From positions 2,194 through 66,193 of the forward strand of contig DATNBZ010000239.1 in NCBI GenBank assembly GCA_035607285.1: a stretch of 64,000 bases of DNA. Reading direction: 5' to 3'. Below the pieces are notes generated by a model. The model did no database searches, was not told the origin of the DNA, and saw only the letters and a program-made list of their open reading frames with translations. Numbering within the stretch: the first letter of the stretch is position 1; each line of letters opens with the position of its first letter. Below are positions 63,997-64,000 of the stretch, piece after piece. This stretch comes from Blastocatellia bacterium. GTDB lineage: Bacteria; Acidobacteriota; Blastocatellia; UBA7656. The position numbers and the translations under genes are program-made.

Positions 63997-64000
63997 ACCT

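Overview
A 64-kb bacterial chromosome segment, GC-rich. The protein style suggests Acidobacteriota, possibly Blastocatellia, but that is inference. It has four parts. (1) About 0.1-24 kb is a stress-response island: BON, CsbD, hemerythrin, OmpA, Fet4-like, GH144-like, holin-X/DUF3618/DUF883, two desaturases and CarD, plus two paralogous Crp/Fnr regulators. (2) 24-29 kb and 43-53 kb are housekeeping genes (kdsB, pyrG, hemB, rpsA, sppA, HIT, radical SAM, ECF sigma + Ser/Thr kinase, bcp). (3) 29-43 kb holds large secreted FG-GAP/LamG and Ig-repeat metalloprotease genes, dacB and a DUF4258/MqsA-type toxin-antitoxin pair. (4) 52-64 kb is a DNA-damage neighbourhood (udgX, imuA-like, ligA, AbiEii-type TA, dnaE2). 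Two signals stand out. (a) Eight copies of a non-canonical CRP-like box (TGTYC-N6-GNACA/G) each lie exactly 21 nt upstream of a TAnnnT -10 hexamer, the class II (-41.5) geometry. They suggest an undescribed regulon for the two Crp paralogs, which have an altered recognition helix. (b) The error-prone polymerase gene dnaE2 carries three repeat-derived inserts. One is a 27-unit heptamer array, stop-free in all frames, that leaves the C-terminal OB domain out of frame. Losing a single unit restores the full gene, so this is a candidate phase-variable mutator, although an assembly miscount is not excluded. Intergenic DNA is dense with REP-like palindromes, short-period hairpins and a 154-bp MITE with target-site duplications. 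No rRNA, tRNA or CRISPR array was recognised.
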